Assembly: GCA_021513695.1 (NCBI GenBank)
Contig: CP084166.1
Coordinates: 2,048,001-2,112,000, forward strand
Source: Candidatus Heimdallarchaeum aukensis
GTDB lineage: Archaea; Asgardarchaeota; Heimdallarchaeia; Heimdallarchaeales; Heimdallarchaeaceae
DNA: 64,000 nucleotides
Direction of reading: 5' to 3'
Shown here one piece after another: positions 48,664 to 58,403 of the stretch. The first letter of the stretch is position 1; every line of letters starts with the position of its first letter. Position numbers and translations under genes: made by a program. The notes beneath the pieces are model-generated. The model ran no database searches. It saw nothing but the letters and a program-made list of their open reading frames with translations, and had not been told where the DNA came from.

Positions 48664-51375
48664 TTATTCTTTTGTCACTTTTACCGCACAGACTTTAAGT
48701 TCTGGTATTTTTGCAAGAGGATCAAGTGCATCATTTGTTAAGAGGTTAGCAGCTGATTCTTTAAAGTGGAAAGTCATAAAAACAACTCCTTCTTTAATTT
48801 TGTCAGTGACTTTTACTTCTGTTAGTAGTTTACCTCTCCTTGATTCAATGATTACTTTGTCACCCGTTTTTATTCCTAATCTTTTTGCATCTTTGACGTT
48901 TATTTCACTTCTTTCAATTGGTTTACGTTGGTGTATTCCTTCTACCCTACGTGTCATTTCTCCCGTATGGAAATGGAATAAATTGCGACCCGTAGTTAGA
49001 ATTAGGGGATATTCATCATCAGGAAGCTCATCTGGATCCAAGTAATCAATGGCATGGAATTTTCCTTTCCCTCTAGAGAATTTATCCTTATGTAAAATTG
49101 GAGTACCAGGATGGTCATCAGATGGACATGGCCACTGTAAACCTCCATTTTCTACTCTCTTATAACTTATTCCTCCATAGATTGGGGTCACCTGAGCTAT
49201 TTCATCCATTATTTCACTGGGAGAGTTATAGTGTTTTTCAATTCCAAAACGATTAAGCATAATCTCTAAGATTTTCCAATCAGGTAATCTGCTTCCATCT
49301 GTTTCTATAGCTTTTCTAACTCTCTGTACCCTTCTTTCAGTATTGGTGTAAGTACCATCTTTTTCTGCAAATGATTGTCCAGGGAGAATAACATCTGCAT
49401 ATTTTGCAGTTTCAGTAATAAATAAATCTTGAACAACTAAGAACTCCACCTTCTCAAGAGCTTCTCTAACATGGTTAATATTTGGGTCGCTAATAACAGG
49501 ATTTTCACCCATGATGTAGATCCCTCTAATGTTTCCTTTATGGGCTTCGTTCATTATTTCAACAACAGTCAACCCCGCTTTGTCATCAAGTTTATCTACT
49601 CCCCAGAACTCTTTGAATTTCTTGATGTTTTTTTCATCAGTTACTTTTTGATAACCTGGGAAAACATCAGGTAAACCACCTAGATCACAAGCTCCTTGAA
49701 CATTGTTTTGACCACGTAGTGGATTAACTCCAGTACCTGGTTTTCCAACATTTCCAGTTAACATAGCCAAATTAGCTAAACTTAGAACATTATCTGTCCC
49801 AGTAGTATGTTGAGTAATACCCATGGCATAAACTATAGCAGCAGTTTTTGCAGTAGCGTAAAGTGAAGCAGCTTTTTTCACATCTTCCTCATCAACATTC
49901 GCAATCTTACACAGTGAAGAAAAGTCTATCTTACTTATCTTTTCTTTCAATTTCTCAAAGTCTTCTGTCCTATTCTCAATAAACTCTTTATCATATAATT
50001 CTTCGTCAATAATGTACTTAATCATAGCATTAATGAGGGCAACATCGCTACCTGGTCTCTGAGACATATAAATTTCAGCATAATCTGCTAATTCAATTCT
50101 ACGAGGATCTGCAACAATCAATTTTGTTTTGCCTTTTCTAACAGCTTGCTTAATTTTTATTCCTATTACGGGATGCGCCTCTGTTGTATTGCTCCCAATA
50201 ATAAATATAACTTCAGCATTATTAGTTAAATCTGAGACACTGTTTGTCATTGCTCCTGAACCAAAAGCTTTGACAAGTCCTGTGACTGTTGAGGCATGAC
50301 AAAGTCGAGCACAGTGGTCAACGTTATTCGTTCCAATAGCTGCACGGGAAAGTTTTTGCATCAGATAATTCTCTTCATTTGTACATTTAGCAGAAGTAAG
50401 GAAAGCAAGAGAATCAGGGCCCGTTTCACTGATAATTTCCTTAAATCGTTTTTCAATAAGATCGAAAGCTTCTTCCCAGCTTACCTCTACGAAATTTCCA
50501 TTTTTCTTGATTAGTGGAGTATTCACTCTATCATGATGATGGACATATTCCCACCCATATCTCCCTTTTACACAAAGTGACAATCCATTAATACTATCTC
50601 TATGTGATTGGACATCTACGATTCTATTTTGTTTTGGATCAACCAATAGTTCTAGTTGACAACCAACTCCACAGTAGGTACATGTTGTTACTGTTTTCTT
50701 TAATTCATAAGACCGACTTTTTGTAGTTTTGATAGATTTGCTAACTAATGCTCCAACTGGACAGACTTCTACACAGTTCCCACAAGCAACACAACCTGCT
50801 TCTTCAAAACTTCTACCAAAACCAGCACTAGGATAGATGTCAAAACCTCTGTCTTGCATGGAAAGAACATTACATACTTGTATCTCATCTGTAACACGAA
50901 CACAAAGCTGACAACGGATACAGGCGGAATAATTGAGTACAAAAAATTCATTCACTTCTACTAGGTCTGTAGTTGGTTTTTTACCCTCTAGTTTACTTAA
51001 GCGGCTCTTTGGAACATACTGATAGGCTAGTTTTTGTAGAGTGCAAACACCATTTTTATTACACACTATACAGTTTAATGGGTGAGAACGAAGAAGTAAT
51101 TCAATATTAGTTTGACGAGCACGATGAATTCGTTCATTATAGGTGGTAACCACCGCATTAGGACGAACAGGTGTAACACAAGCGGCAACTAAATTAGGAG
51201 CTCCTTCAACTTCAATAACACAAATACGACAAGCACCAGACGGTTTTAATTCTTCCATATGACACAAAGTAGGGATCTCTATTCCAGCACGAGTGATAGC
51301 TGAAAGATATGTGTCATCCTTTTTACATAAGATTTTTTGACCATCAACAATAATAGAAATTTTTTCTTCTGACAT
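48664..51375 (-). CDS. fdsA: Formate dehydrogenase catalytic (alpha) subunit, molybdopterin-dependent, Cys-type, with N-terminal [2Fe-2S] and 4Fe-4S domains (FdsA/FdhF-like)
   Basis: N-terminal NuoG-like 2Fe-2S (CHMEELKPSGACRIC), two CxxCxxCxxxCP ferredoxin motifs, MopB domain with Mo-ligand motif HCARLCHAS (Cys, not Sec), C-terminal molybdopterin-binding barrel. Confidence 0.85.
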   Translation of the reverse strand: MSEEKISIIVDGQKILCKKDDTYLSAITRAGIEIPTLCHMEELKPSGACRICVIEVEGAPNLVAACVTPVRPNAVVTTYNERIHRARQTNIELLLRSHPLNCIVCNKNGVCTLQKLAYQYVPKSRLSKLEGKKPTTDLVEVNEFFVLNYSACIRCQLCVRVTDEIQVCNVLSMQDRGFDIYPSAGFGRSFEEAGCVACGNCVEVCPVGALVSKSIKTTKSRSYELKKTVTTCTYCGVGCQLELLVDPKQNRIVDVQSHRDSINGLSLCVKGRYGWEYVHHHDRVNTPLIKKNGNFVEVSWEEAFDLIEKRFKEIISETGPDSLAFLTSAKCTNEENYLMQKLSRAAIGTNNVDHCARLCHASTVTGLVKAFGSGAMTNSVSDLTNNAEVIFIIGSNTTEAHPVIGIKIKQAVRKGKTKLIVADPRRIELADYAEIYMSQRPGSDVALINAMIKYIIDEELYDKEFIENRTEDFEKLKEKISKIDFSSLCKIANVDEEDVKKAASLYATAKTAAIVYAMGITQHTTGTDNVLSLANLAMLTGNVGKPGTGVNPLRGQNNVQGACDLGGLPDVFPGYQKVTDEKNIKKFKEFWGVDKLDDKAGLTVVEIMNEAHKGNIRGIYIMGENPVISDPNINHVREALEKVEFLVVQDLFITETAKYADVILPGQSFAEKDGTYTNTERRVQRVRKAIETDGSRLPDWKILEIMLNRFGIEKHYNSPSEIMDEIAQVTPIYGGISYKRVENGGLQWPCPSDDHPGTPILHKDKFSRGKGKFHAIDYLDPDELPDDEYPLILTTGRNLFHFHTGEMTRRVEGIHQRKPIERSEINVKDAKRLGIKTGDKVIIESRRGKLLTEVKVTDKIKEGVVFMTFHFKESAANLLTNDALDPLAKIPELKVCAVKVTKE

Positions 51376-51376
51376 T

Positions 51377-53317
51377 TTAATTCACCTTCTCAATTGCTTT
51401 CTTTGGACAACGCTCAAAACATGCATTGCAAGAGATACATAGACGATTCTCAATGAAAAAACCCGTCTCCTTAGAACCAAAAACAGCATCAACTGGGCAA
51501 ACATTTTGGCACACACCACATTTAATGCAAAGGTCATCATTAATAACATAATTGAATAATCCTGGACAAACCTTTGCTCGACATACTTTTTGTTCAATGT
51601 GCTCAATATATTCTTCTCTGAAGTATTTAAGAGTAGACAAAATAGGATTAGGAGCCGTTTGACCTAAGCCACAGAGAGCAGTATCTTTGATAACAAATGA
51701 TAATTGCTCTAAATCAGTAAGAATGTCTAGTGTAGCATCACCAGATGTGATTTTCTCAAGCATTTCTAATGCGCGAACTGTTCCTTCTCGACAAGGAGTG
51801 CATTTTCCACAAGATTCAGATGCGATAAATGTCATAAAATAACGAGCTAAATCAACCATACAAGTGGACTCACTACAGACAATCATGCCTCCGGACCCCA
51901 TAATAGAACCAAGTTTCTTAAGAGAAGCAAAGTCAACTGGTGTATCAATTAGCGAAAAAGGAATACAACCACCAGAAGGACCCCCTGTCTGAACTGCTTT
52001 AAACTGTTTATCCCCTTTGACACCGCCACCGATATCGAAAATGATTTCACGAAGAGTTGTACCCATAGGAACTTCAACTAAACCAGAATTTTTAACATCC
52101 CCAGTAAGAGCAAAAACAGCTGTACCTTTAGTGTCCTCTGTTCCAATGCTACTAAACCATTTAGCGCCATTAAGAAGAATAACAGGAACTGTGACAAGAG
52201 TCTTGACATTGTTGATAATTGTTGGTTTTTCCCATAATCCGGAAACAGCAGGATAAGGAGGACGGGGGCGAGGTTCACCACGTAATCCCATTATAGAATT
52301 TATTAAAGCTGTTTCTTCTCCACAAACAAAAGCACCAGCTCCTTTTCTGATTTCAATAGAAAAATGAAAATCAGTACCAAAGATGTTATCTCCAAGAAAA
52401 TGGTTTTCGTAAGCTTGTTTTAGTGCAATCTCTAAACGCTTAATAGCAAGTGGATATTCAGCTCGGATGTAAATAAATCCCTTATTTGCTCCAATGGCAT
52501 ACGCAGCAATAGTCAATCCTTCAATTACACTATGAGGGTCTCCTTCAATCAAAGATCTGTCCATGAAAGCTCCAGGGTCGCCTTCATCAGCATTGCAGAC
52601 AACATATTTTTCAGTTTTTTCAATACTATCCTCGGTCGTTTTTGAAAGTTCTGCATTATATGCAAATTCCCATTTCACGCCAGTGGGAAAACCAGCACCA
52701 CCACGACCACGAAGGCCAGAAGATTTGATTTCATCAATAACCTCTTTGGGAGAAAGAGTAGTTAGAGTTTTGTAAAGGGCTTGGTAGCCACCTCTAGCAA
52801 GGTAATCGTTGATGTTTTCAGGGTCAATTATCCCAACATTTCTTAACGTTATTCTCTTTTGTTTCTTTAACATTGGCAAGGATTTGAAAGTTGGTAGTCC
52901 AGAGTAAATCTGTGGAATATTATATTTCCATGACTCTTGGTATTGAATAATATTTTCTTGTTCATCAAACATGCAGAAAACTTTTTCTTTTTTGAGATCT
53001 CCTCCAAAGTGTTTATCTATTATTTCTTTTACTTCTTCAGGCTTAACATTTTTATAAGAAACTCTGGGTGAGTTAGCTAGTTCAATATCCATTAAAGGCT
53101 CATAAGAACAACAACCTATACATCCTGTTTTTTCTATAATGACATCGTCTATTTTTAACTCATGAAGCACTTGTTGCACTTCTTTCAGAACTTCTTCTGC
53201 ACCTGCAGCAATACCACAAGTCCCATAGCCTATAATAATCCTATTTTTATTATGCTTCTCCTTGCTATGTAAAATCGCTTCTTCAGTTATATAATGAAAA
53301 TGATTGGATTTATTCAT
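51377..53317 (-). CDS. fdsB: NAD(P)H-binding flavoprotein subunit (NuoF/FdsB/HydB-like) with N-terminal thioredoxin-like 2Fe-2S domain and C-terminal 2x[4Fe-4S]
   Basis: GLRGRGGAGFPTGVKW (FMN/NADH site), 4Fe-4S CxxCxxCxxxC; C-terminal CIKCGVCQNVCP and CISCNACFERCP. Confidence 0.85.
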   Translation of the reverse strand: MNKSNHFHYITEEAILHSKEKHNKNRIIIGYGTCGIAAGAEEVLKEVQQVLHELKIDDVIIEKTGCIGCCSYEPLMDIELANSPRVSYKNVKPEEVKEIIDKHFGGDLKKEKVFCMFDEQENIIQYQESWKYNIPQIYSGLPTFKSLPMLKKQKRITLRNVGIIDPENINDYLARGGYQALYKTLTTLSPKEVIDEIKSSGLRGRGGAGFPTGVKWEFAYNAELSKTTEDSIEKTEKYVVCNADEGDPGAFMDRSLIEGDPHSVIEGLTIAAYAIGANKGFIYIRAEYPLAIKRLEIALKQAYENHFLGDNIFGTDFHFSIEIRKGAGAFVCGEETALINSIMGLRGEPRPRPPYPAVSGLWEKPTIINNVKTLVTVPVILLNGAKWFSSIGTEDTKGTAVFALTGDVKNSGLVEVPMGTTLREIIFDIGGGVKGDKQFKAVQTGGPSGGCIPFSLIDTPVDFASLKKLGSIMGSGGMIVCSESTCMVDLARYFMTFIASESCGKCTPCREGTVRALEMLEKITSGDATLDILTDLEQLSFVIKDTALCGLGQTAPNPILSTLKYFREEYIEHIEQKVCRAKVCPGLFNYVINDDLCIKCGVCQNVCPVDAVFGSKETGFFIENRLCISCNACFERCPKKAIEKVN

Positions 53318-53783
53318 TTTTTTCGCCCTCCTCTAATCCCGAAAGTAGCTTATCTATTGTTTTTACTGTATTTCTGCCGTAAACTTTTCCGTTGATAACA
53401 ATAGTTGGAGCTAAAGCACATGAACCAATACAAGCTACAGTCTCAAGAGAATATTTTCCATCAGGAGAATGCTCTCCTGCTTTTAGATTTAACTTTGATT
53501 CAATGTAATCAAGATTGCGTTTTGCTCCTGAAACATGACATGCTGTGCCTTGACAAACTGTTATGTTATATTTGGCAGGAGGTTTAAGTTTAAATAAGGC
53601 ATAAAAAGATATTACACCCCACATTTTACTTAAAGGGACTTCAATTTTTTGTGAAATGTCCTCTAAGACTTCACGTGGCAGATAACCATATTTATCTTGA
53701 GCATCGGACAAAATCTGAATTAGAGCGCTAGAATCAAAATTATAACGCGCTAGGATGGAATCAATATTAAAATCTGCATTCAT
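53310..53783 (-). CDS. fdsG: NuoE/FdsG-like thioredoxin-fold [2Fe-2S] subunit
   Basis: CQGTACHVSG ... CIGSCALAP motif spacing typical of NuoE family; 8-nt overlap with fdsB. Confidence 0.8.
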   Translation of the reverse strand: MNADFNIDSILARYNFDSSALIQILSDAQDKYGYLPREVLEDISQKIEVPLSKMWGVISFYALFKLKPPAKYNITVCQGTACHVSGAKRNLDYIESKLNLKAGEHSPDGKYSLETVACIGSCALAPTIVINGKVYGRNTVKTIDKLLSGLEEGEKNE

Positions 53784-53918
53784 AAAGAAAAAAAAATGAT
53801 TGTACCTATTAAATTTTATGTGACTGTGTGCAAAAAAATACTAAGTGAAAAACACTATGAATTAAAAAATAAGAAAAAACAAAGAAGTGTGAAGTAATAT
53901 GTTGCTCAAAAACAACTA

Positions 53919-54767
53919 TTATACTTCTAAATACTCCTTACCCAATCTATCCATGAATTCTCTAATCTTCTTCCTGTGTTCAGATCTTGTTCCCTTCTTG
54001 TCTACCATGGCAGCAAAAGGGTTCTCAATAGTCTTTTTAAAAGCTTGCTTGACTATCTCGTAATTGATATGATCTAAAACATATTTGGGAGCTATGTGAC
54101 CAATCAGAATGCTTTCTTCACTATACAACTTTTTTTCAAAACGGTAAGCATAATGATTTCCACCAAAACCAACATAAACGGATTCTCCATTTTCTCGGTT
54201 TTTTGCCTTTAAATATTCCTCTGCAGTCTTGATTATAGCTTTTGCAACTCCCTCAGCTCCTCGCTTATCTGTCCAATATTTTTCACTACTTCCTAATTCC
54301 ATGAAACATAAGGGAGTACTCATATTAGTAGGACCATGGTGAGTGACTTCTATCCCAACTCTGTATTCTTCAAGTTTTAAATCGTCTTTGAAAAATCTCA
54401 AGTTCTTTAAACCGATCTTGATGGCTAAAGCAGAAGAATAAGCAAGCTCGTTACTATTACCCCCCAATCTAGCTTCGCCCCAATTACCAGGAGTGTGAAT
54501 AAGTAAAGCAGGAAAACCAGATTCAGCACTATGTCTACTAGCAAAAATAAACAAATCGGTATCAATTATATCTTCTAAATTAGAAATATTCACACCGTCG
54601 TTATCAACATGAATAGCTTTAACATCATTAGGAAACTTAGTATAAGCATAAATCTCTTGGTCATAATCTAATTTCTTGAAAAGAGAAGATTCTTCAATTA
54701 TATCCCACATTGCTGATGCAGCTTGATCTCTTTTAGGAAAAACAATAACTACTTTGGACTTAATCAA
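53919..54767 (-). CDS. dtdA: D-aminoacyl-tRNA deacylase, archaeal type (DtdA)
   Basis: Colinear with Pyrococcus DtdA: FIFASRHSAESGFPALLIHTPGNWG, EVTHHGPT, ELGSSEKYW, GHIAPKY. Confidence 0.82.
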   Translation of the reverse strand: MIKSKVVIVFPKRDQAASAMWDIIEESSLFKKLDYDQEIYAYTKFPNDVKAIHVDNDGVNISNLEDIIDTDLFIFASRHSAESGFPALLIHTPGNWGEARLGGNSNELAYSSALAIKIGLKNLRFFKDDLKLEEYRVGIEVTHHGPTNMSTPLCFMELGSSEKYWTDKRGAEGVAKAIIKTAEEYLKAKNRENGESVYVGFGGNHYAYRFEKKLYSEESILIGHIAPKYVLDHINYEIVKQAFKKTIENPFAAMVDKKGTRSEHRKKIREFMDRLGKEYLEV

Positions 54768-54887
54768 AGTTACTCATCCTTTTTTAGACTTTTCAAAAAT
54801 TTATTTTTTATTAAGTTAGTTATTAAGACAAATCTGTCGTACTTCGTAAACAATAACAAGAAGGAACGGAACTTAAAAAAATAAGGC

Positions 54888-54965
54888 TGGTGGGGTAGAC
54901 AGGATTTGAACCTGTGACATCCTCCACGTCAAGGAGGTATCATAGCCGGGCTAGATCACTACCCC
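54888..54965 (-). tRNA. tRNA-Val(GAC), no intron, CCA encoded
   Basis: Acceptor GGGGTAG/CTACCCC, anticodon arm CCTCC-TTGACGT-GGAGG, T-arm ACAGG-TTCAAAT-CCTGT. Confidence 0.8.
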
Positions 54966-55564
54966 AATATTATTAAGGTCTACTGCTTTTTTTTTTCCTC
55001 TGTTTAAATATTTTTTGTTGAGTTATTTTTCTTCAACTGTATCTCATTTAAGTAAGTTTGATTATTAAAATTATTAATGAGTTCTTAGGCTGTTTTTAGA
55101 AAAAATAATTACTAAAGTTTTTTCTTATAGACTCTGACTTCTAGGGAAAAAATACTATCCTGTCATTTGTTATTCTTATAACCTTGCTTTTACATCAAAA
55201 AAGTTCAAACTTCAAAAATGGAATAAAAAAGTGAATAGTTTGGATTTTATACTACACATTTTCTTTGTGTAAGGTATATTGAAGTTTGAGTTAATTCTTC
55301 ACGTCTTGTTCTTTTTTGTACTGGTCTTGATTTCCAGTATTTTTCTGTTCTTCCTGTTTTTCTTTCTGCCATTTTTATCACTGTATACATAATGTCCCCT
55401 TATTTATTAAGCACTTTTAAAATCAACAGTTGTAACGCTTCTAATTGTTGGTTTTATCCTCTTTTCTTTTAATTAAGCTTCAAAAGAGAATCATTTATCT
55501 GATAAACCAAAAGGTTAAAGAGGAAATATAGAAGTGAACCACTTTTTATTACTTTTAGTGGCCA

Positions 55565-56437
55565 TTAATTAACTGTTTTACTAACGTTTGTTTGACTTTT
55601 CATCTCTTTTACTTCTCTTTTTTCAGTCGATCTACTTTCTTCTAGTTTACGTGAAAAAAAATTACTTAGTTCTACTTTTAGTTGTGGGCTGAGCCTTGTT
55701 AATTTTTCTACTATTCCGTAAACCTTTGGGTAATATAATTCTTTTTTCTTATTTAACATTAATTTTACTATTTTTTTTGCTAGATCTTCTTTTCTGTATG
55801 TTTTGAACGTTTTTGTGTTTATATTTGCTTTTTCACAGAATGGTGTATCATGTAGTGCTGGATAAACTGTGCTTATTTTTATTCCGCTTTTTTTTAACTC
55901 GTTTCTTATACTTTCGCTTAATATTTTAACTGCACCCTTTGTTATACAGTAAGTTGTGAACCTGTAGGTTGGTACTGCTGCTATTGCTGAAGACATGTTT
56001 ATAATCTGCCCTTCTCCTTGTTTTTTCATTATGTTTGCCACTTTTTTTGTTAATTTTATTAGTCCTATTACGTTTGTTTCTATCATTTCTTCTATATCTT
56101 CATCACTCTGCTCTAGGAAGTCTATATTTTTTCCATATCCTGCATTGTTTAGCAGTACATCTATCTTTCCGTATTTTTTTAACGTTTCATCTACAAGTTT
56201 TCTAATGTCTTCGTTGTTCTTTATATCTCCTACTATCTTTAATGTGCTGATGTTGTTTCTTTTTAGTTCTTCTTCTACTTTACTTAGCTTTTCTTCTCTC
56301 CTTGCAAAAATTACTACTTTTGCGTTGTACTTTATTAGTTCTTTTGCTACTTGTTTTCCTATCCCTGAAGATGCTCCTGTTATTATTACTACTTTTTCTC
56401 TCAATTTTTCTGAATTTTTCTTCTTCAATTTTTTCAT
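55565..56437 (-). CDS. Short-chain dehydrogenase/reductase (SDR)
   Basis: TGASSGIGKQVA cofactor motif, NNAG, catalytic YxxxK (YCITKGAVK). Confidence 0.85.
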   Translation of the reverse strand: MKKLKKKNSEKLREKVVIITGASSGIGKQVAKELIKYNAKVVIFARREEKLSKVEEELKRNNISTLKIVGDIKNNEDIRKLVDETLKKYGKIDVLLNNAGYGKNIDFLEQSDEDIEEMIETNVIGLIKLTKKVANIMKKQGEGQIINMSSAIAAVPTYRFTTYCITKGAVKILSESIRNELKKSGIKISTVYPALHDTPFCEKANINTKTFKTYRKEDLAKKIVKLMLNKKKELYYPKVYGIVEKLTRLSPQLKVELSNFFSRKLEESRSTEKREVKEMKSQTNVSKTVN

Positions 56438-56671
56438 CGAGTTGTTTACCCTATTATCTTATTTAAACAGCAAAAAAGTTCTTTCTTGATTTTCTTACTC
56501 TCTGCTTCTTTTTCTTCTTTTTGTACTTTTTTTAATTATCATTTTCTTTTGTTTAGTTTTTTGTCTGAACTTATCATCTAATTTCTTTAGAAAAAACTTA
56601 TAAAAATATCAACAATTGGTGAGTTAAAGAAAAGAATATTATTCTTTAAGATAAAATTAAATTAGTCAGAG

Positions 56672-58393
56672 TTGATCGACTTGAAAGCAATTGCAATCGG
56701 ATTGAAAGTATTAGGTTTTATCTTAATATTTACCACGGCCTTTGTGCCTATCTACAAGATTTATTATGATGCTACTCCACTGAGTGAGCATGACAAGTAT
56801 ACACAAGATTCACTTTTAATTAGTATATTTGGTTCGAGAGTTGAATATAATACTATAGGATATGATTACAATAACAATATCACGAAGGTGTATACGGAGT
56901 TACAAATTCCTAGTAATATAGTCCTACTGTCTGCAGCGCTATGGTTTTTGTTATTCTTTAGTGTTCTCGCTGCTGCTTTAGGTCAAGTATTTCAGTCAGG
57001 AGGAGTGAAAAAGAGAGGTAATATGGCAGACATAATGGCTGCATTATTCCTGTTAGTCTCTTTGATTGTTCTCATAATTGCTATTAATCGGACTTTGAAC
57101 TTCACTGCGAGTGAATACAAAGCGGTATTGTCTGGACAGACTGCTACTCCTTCATCTGCAGTAACTTTCAATCCCAATGATAGTAATCCTTCTTATTTCT
57201 TAATTAGCTTACGTGGAAAAATGACCTTCATGTTTTATATTTATATTATTGGTGTTCTTCTCACTCTAACAGGTTTATTCTTACCTGTTGATTGGACAAA
57301 ACCAAGTGAGGGAACATTCAGTAAAAAATTCGCTAGTTCTAAACCCATTTCCTTTATTAAACAAATAGCTACAATGAGGTTGACCATCTATATTCTTCGC
57401 CGACTTCTTACACTCATCCCCTTGTTCATTGCCATTATGGTTATGACCTTTGTAATGGTTTCTGGGTTGGGAGACCCTGTCGCATTGTTACTCTTGGGTA
57501 AGATTAACGTTACCGAGGAAGACAAAATTAACCTTACTAGATCTCTTGGATTGGATCAACCTGTTTATGCTCGATTTGTTATTTGGTTCTATAACTTCCT
57601 TCATGGTAATATGGGTGAAAGTTATCGTGGTGGTCGTTCTATTAACACCATGATTGGTGAACTTGTTTGGGAAACACTAAAACTTCAGCTTGCTTCTTTT
57701 GTTTTAGCTTTACTCATAGCTATTCCTCTAGGTGTGGTCGCAGCTAAGAATCAGAATACTTGGATTGATTCAACTGCAAGCACTATCGCTCTTCTTGGTT
57801 TGTCCATGCCTATTTTCGTTTTTGGTTTAATGCTTATTTATATCTTCAGTGGATATGGTTTAGGCTGGCTACCAGCAGCTAAAGCACATTCCATTCCAAC
57901 TCCTGTTGTTGATTGGTCCGCACTCCGGGCAGGAGACTGGGGTACGTGGTGGTCCTCGCTGATGGCGCGTACGGGAGATTCAATAATTCACATGATCCTT
58001 CCAACTACTGCTTTGACCTTCGCTTCTCTTGCTACCTATACTCGTTTAGTCAGAACAACAATGTTAGAAGTTCTTCGCCAAGATTATATTTTAGCAGCTC
58101 GAGCTAATGGTCTTTCTGAACGAGTTATTACTTGGAAACATGCTTGGAGAAACGTTCTTATTCCTGTAGTTACTTATGTTGGTCTATTTTTAGCTTCGGC
58201 TTTAGCTGGTGCTCCTATTACAGAAACGCTTTTCACTTGGCCTGGTTTAGGTTATAGGTATGTTGTTGCTGTGGGTCTTTTGGATTTTCCGATGATTTTG
58301 GGTACAACTGCTATTCTTACTATTTTGATCCTTTTAGGAAATTTAGTTACTGATATTGTTTACGTCGCTGTTGACCCGAGAATTGAATTGTAG
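56672..58393 (+). CDS. ABC transporter permease, OppB/DppB family, with about 230-aa N-terminal membrane extension (alternative internal start at 57374)
   Basis: C-terminal 340 aa is a canonical OppB (RLTIYILRRLLTLIP ... EAA-loop region YILAARANGLSERVI). N-terminal part has 5 extra hydrophobic segments. Confidence 0.8.
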   Translation: MIDLKAIAIGLKVLGFILIFTTAFVPIYKIYYDATPLSEHDKYTQDSLLISIFGSRVEYNTIGYDYNNNITKVYTELQIPSNIVLLSAALWFLLFFSVLAAALGQVFQSGGVKKRGNMADIMAALFLLVSLIVLIIAINRTLNFTASEYKAVLSGQTATPSSAVTFNPNDSNPSYFLISLRGKMTFMFYIYIIGVLLTLTGLFLPVDWTKPSEGTFSKKFASSKPISFIKQIATMRLTIYILRRLLTLIPLFIAIMVMTFVMVSGLGDPVALLLLGKINVTEEDKINLTRSLGLDQPVYARFVIWFYNFLHGNMGESYRGGRSINTMIGELVWETLKLQLASFVLALLIAIPLGVVAAKNQNTWIDSTASTIALLGLSMPIFVFGLMLIYIFSGYGLGWLPAAKAHSIPTPVVDWSALRAGDWGTWWSSLMARTGDSIIHMILPTTALTFASLATYTRLVRTTMLEVLRQDYILAARANGLSERVITWKHAWRNVLIPVVTYVGLFLASALAGAPITETLFTWPGLGYRYVVAVGLLDFPMILGTTAILTILILLGNLVTDIVYVAVDPRIEL

Positions 58394-58403
58394 GTGAAAA
58401 AAA

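Noticed and set aside
55995-56489. 164-aa plus-strand ORF
   Set aside because: Antisense to the SDR gene; S/F-rich low-complexity product.
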